Assembly (NCBI GenBank): GCA_021513715.1
Contig: CP084167.1
Span: forward strand, 480,001 to 544,000
Reading direction: 5' to 3'
Origin: Candidatus Heimdallarchaeum endolithica
GTDB taxonomy: Archaea; Asgardarchaeota; Heimdallarchaeia; Heimdallarchaeales; Heimdallarchaeaceae
Length of the DNA: 64,000 nucleotides
Under the pieces are notes generated by a model that did not search any database, had not been told where the DNA came from, and worked only from the letters and a program-made list of their open reading frames with translations. Below are positions 61,279-64,000 of the stretch, one piece after another (position 1 is the stretch's first letter; each line of letters starts with the position of its first letter). A program made the translations under genes and the position numbers.

Positions 61279-62145
61279 ATGAACAAATACCCTGTCTTCA
61301 TTCTCGCTGGAAGAGACAAGGAAAGAAGAGAAATAATGAAAAAAATGGATCCTAATGAAAAATATCAAATAAAAGCTCAACTTCCATTTTTGGGAAAAAG
61401 AGTAATAGATTTTGTCGTAGAAGCTCTTTATCAATCAAAGATGGTAGAAGAAGTATATATTGTAGGACAAAATAATGAAACTTTACCCTTTGATAACTTT
61501 CCGGTTAAGTATATTGAAGCAGATTACATTTCTGATATTAAAACTAAATATAATGCTATTTTAAATCATTTAGAGAGAGAAAATAAGAAACTAAACTACA
61601 TAATTTTTTGCTCTTCTGACTGTCCAGCAATAAGACCTGAACTAGTTGATCAATTCATCAAAGAAGTAGACTCTTGTGAGAATTGCGATTTTATAATGTC
61701 TATTGTTCCAAATGAAAGAGTTGTAGAACTATATGGTAAATCTAATAGAGTTGTGGGTAAATTTACTGATGCAGAAGTATTTCCTGGAGAAATGTATGCT
61801 CTTTCTCCACGAGCAATAAAAGTAGGAACAAAAGAAATAGAAATTTTATCTAACAGACGAAGGAATAGAACTTTTTGGGGAACAGCTTCTTATATCGTTA
61901 AAAAGGCGCTAAAGAAACCTTCAACTTGGTTTAAGATTCTTAAATTAGTTTTTAAAAGAGCAAGTTTAGAAGATGCAAAAATTATTTTTGAAAAAGTATT
62001 TGAAATAAGAGGAAAAGCAGTGATTATCGATGACATTGGATTTGGTTACGATCTTGACTTAGTAGAAGATTATGAAAGATTAGAAAAACTAATTGTTCAA
62101 AGAGAAAACGAAATAAAAAAGAGGACTGTTTTACAAAAAAATTAA
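61279..62145 (+). CDS. MobA-like NTP transferase family protein
   Basis: FILAG, KAQLPFLGKRVIDFV, SSDCPAI and DLDLVEDY; likely ATG at 61279. Confidence 0.75.
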   Translation: MNKYPVFILAGRDKERREIMKKMDPNEKYQIKAQLPFLGKRVIDFVVEALYQSKMVEEVYIVGQNNETLPFDNFPVKYIEADYISDIKTKYNAILNHLERENKKLNYIIFCSSDCPAIRPELVDQFIKEVDSCENCDFIMSIVPNERVVELYGKSNRVVGKFTDAEVFPGEMYALSPRAIKVGTKEIEILSNRRRNRTFWGTASYIVKKALKKPSTWFKILKLVFKRASLEDAKIIFEKVFEIRGKAVIIDDIGFGYDLDLVEDYERLEKLIVQRENEIKKRTVLQKN

Positions 62146-62170
62146 AAATGAAGTTCGAATCATTAATATT

Positions 62171-63127
62171 ATGAAAAAAAAATACTTTTCTTTTTTTATC
62201 ATAGCAATTTTTATTGCTTCAATATTGAATAGTGTTTCAATATTAGCTGAAACAGCTCCTGATGAGCTTGAACTTAAAGAAGGAACTTATGTGAAAGGTA
62301 GATATTATACTGATGCAGATAATGAGACTATTTCTACAATTACTTTATCTGTTACAAAAATATGGAATATAACTAATTCTCTTGATGTTATTGCAATAGA
62401 ACAAAAGATGGAATACCCTTCTGGTTCAACAGATATTTTCTTTGGTTCAACTTATTCTACTATCATTATGACAGAACTAGTTTGGAAGCATAATCGTACT
62501 GTTATCTATCCTGCAGCTAAATTAAAACTCGTAAATAGTTCTGATACTATTGAAGCTACAATTTTAGATAATCCTGATTATGAATCTATGATGGATGTAG
62601 ATAACTTGAAGGTAGTCTTAAAAGATGGAACTAGTTATAGAATAGGAGAAATTGACAATTCTAACCCTGATTACTCTAAAGTAATAGGAATGGCTTTTGC
62701 ATGGGCAATAATAAATGCTATGTTGATCATTGGTTATACTTACACATGGTTAGCGATCAGTCCTGATACTGAAGACACGCAGACTGTAAATTATAGAAAT
62801 GGAACTGCCTCAGTTGAAGATATTAGTTCCTTTACTGTAGGAGGAAAGAAATACTCAACTGTTCATCTACAACAAAGCAAAAAGAAAGTTACTAGCGGAA
62901 TTTTCTCTAACTATTTCAACGAAGTAGATGCATACTATGAAACAAAAACAGGTTTTTTAATTAAATGGAAAGAAAAAGATTATGATACTGATGAACTCTA
63001 CATTTTCGAACCCAGTGAAATAGAAATAAAAGCTTCACTAATTGGAAACATAGACTTTTCTATTTATGGAGCTCTAGTTGCTTTTGCAGTCCTTTCTTTC
63101 GCAGTTGTTGCAAGAAAGAAAAAATAA
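62171..63127 (+). CDS. Secreted/cell-surface protein with C-terminal TM and basic tail
   Basis: Signal peptide; YYETKTGFLIK; ends GALVAFAVLSFAVVARKKK. Confidence 0.7.
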   Translation: MKKKYFSFFIIAIFIASILNSVSILAETAPDELELKEGTYVKGRYYTDADNETISTITLSVTKIWNITNSLDVIAIEQKMEYPSGSTDIFFGSTYSTIIMTELVWKHNRTVIYPAAKLKLVNSSDTIEATILDNPDYESMMDVDNLKVVLKDGTSYRIGEIDNSNPDYSKVIGMAFAWAIINAMLIIGYTYTWLAISPDTEDTQTVNYRNGTASVEDISSFTVGGKKYSTVHLQQSKKKVTSGIFSNYFNEVDAYYETKTGFLIKWKEKDYDTDELYIFEPSEIEIKASLIGNIDFSIYGALVAFAVLSFAVVARKKK

Positions 63128-63201
63128 TATCTATTTATTTTTCTCTTTTTTTTTATAAGAGGAAATTTAAATATTAGCTATTTATTTATTTTTGAGAAGG
63201 A

Positions 63202-64000
63202 ATGAAACATATTTCAGAAGACATTTTAGGAACTTTAAGTTTAGAATTAAAAGGTAAGACTATTGTTCACTGTGTAACTAGTTCTATTTCTTGCTTTCTT
63301 GCACCAATGATAAGTAGATTACTAATGAGACATGGTGCAAAAGTTATTCCAGTTCTCTCTCCTGAAGCTGCAAAGTTTGTTCATCCTATGATTTTTGAGT
63401 GGGCAACAGGAAATGAACCAATAGTAACAATAGAAGGAAAAGTAGAACATGTCCATTACGCAGGATTATCAAAAGAAAAAGCTGATTTGATACTTATTGC
63501 TCCTATAACTGCTAATTCACTTTCTAAAATAGCAAATGGAATTATGGACACATCTGTTACTCTGACAGCAGGAACAGCTTTGGGAAACAATATTCCTATG
63601 ATAATTGTTCCTACTATGCATGAAGTTATGCTTTACAATCCTGCTGTAAAAGAAAATATTAAAAAGTTAGAGAAGATGGGTGTTAAAGTCTTAATGCCCT
63701 TGATTGAAGAAGAAAAAGCTAAAATTCCTTCAGAAGAATATATAGTTAATGAAATTCTAAAAGAACTAACTGAACAATCGTTCAAAAACACTTCTGTTTT
63801 AGTAACTGCTGGACCTACTAGAGCATATATAGATGGAATAAGGTTTATTAGCAATCCTTCAAGTGGAAAAATGGGTTTTGCTTTAGCATTTGAAGCTTGG
63901 AAAAAAGGTGCTAAAGTAAAGGTTGTTTATGGGGCTACAGAACTTTCTCCAGAAAAGAATTTAGAAGAAAAGGTATATGTTGAAAGACCAGAAGAAATGT
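63202..64000 (+). CDS. coaBC: Bifunctional phosphopantothenoylcysteine decarboxylase/synthase (runs off window end)
   Basis: Manual translation: [41 protein letters not shown] and [27 protein letters not shown]. Confidence 0.95.
   Translation, partial: MKHISEDILGTLSLELKGKTIVHCVTSSISCFLAPMISRLLMRHGAKVIPVLSPEAAKFVHPMIFEWATGNEPIVTIEGKVEHVHYAGLSKEKADLILIAPITANSLSKIANGIMDTSVTLTAGTALGNNIPMIIVPTMHEVMLYNPAVKENIKKLEKMGVKVLMPLIEEEKAKIPSEEYIVNEILKELTEQSFKNTSVLVTAGPTRAYIDGIRFISNPSSGKMGFALAFEAWKKGAKVKVVYGATELSPEKNLEEKVYVERPEEM

Overview
Very AT-rich archaeal DNA (GGTGA/GGGG Shine-Dalgarno motifs, BRE/TATA promoters, oligo-T terminators). Eukaryotic-signature genes point to an Asgard archaeon, probably Heimdallarchaeia (inference). 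Main result: a compact UFM1-type conjugation operon at 51.5-54.4 kb, made of a UBA5-like E1, a JAMM protease, a UFM1-like modifier ending VG-L and a UFC1-like E2 whose N-terminus the ORF track misses (no ATG/GTG/TTG; probable ATT start). It is followed by an ESCRT-II (Vps22/36-like) gene and an SPFH gene, with a CDC48-N/Ufd1-like protein nearby. Second theme: a shared C-terminal winged-helix (PCI-like) module with an IDSLL...GKK tail, found on soluble proteins, an LRR protein and the cytoplasmic end of a 2071-aa receptor-like membrane protein with near-identical 213-bp tandem repeats. Also present: a decayed copB with an exact internal inversion between two CATG sites and a duplicated 3' end enclosing a candidate caspase-fold toxin/immunity pair; a degenerate IS5; two IS6 copies at the same TTTGCAAT motif; a defence island (HEPN/MNT, methyltransferase remnant, Eco57I-like methyltransferase plus PLD-helicase); a double-length UvrA; and housekeeping genes (hppA, msrB, tsaA, ABC exporter, coaBC). 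No rRNA, tRNA or CRISPR array was recognised. All homology calls come from motif recognition by eye, not database searches.
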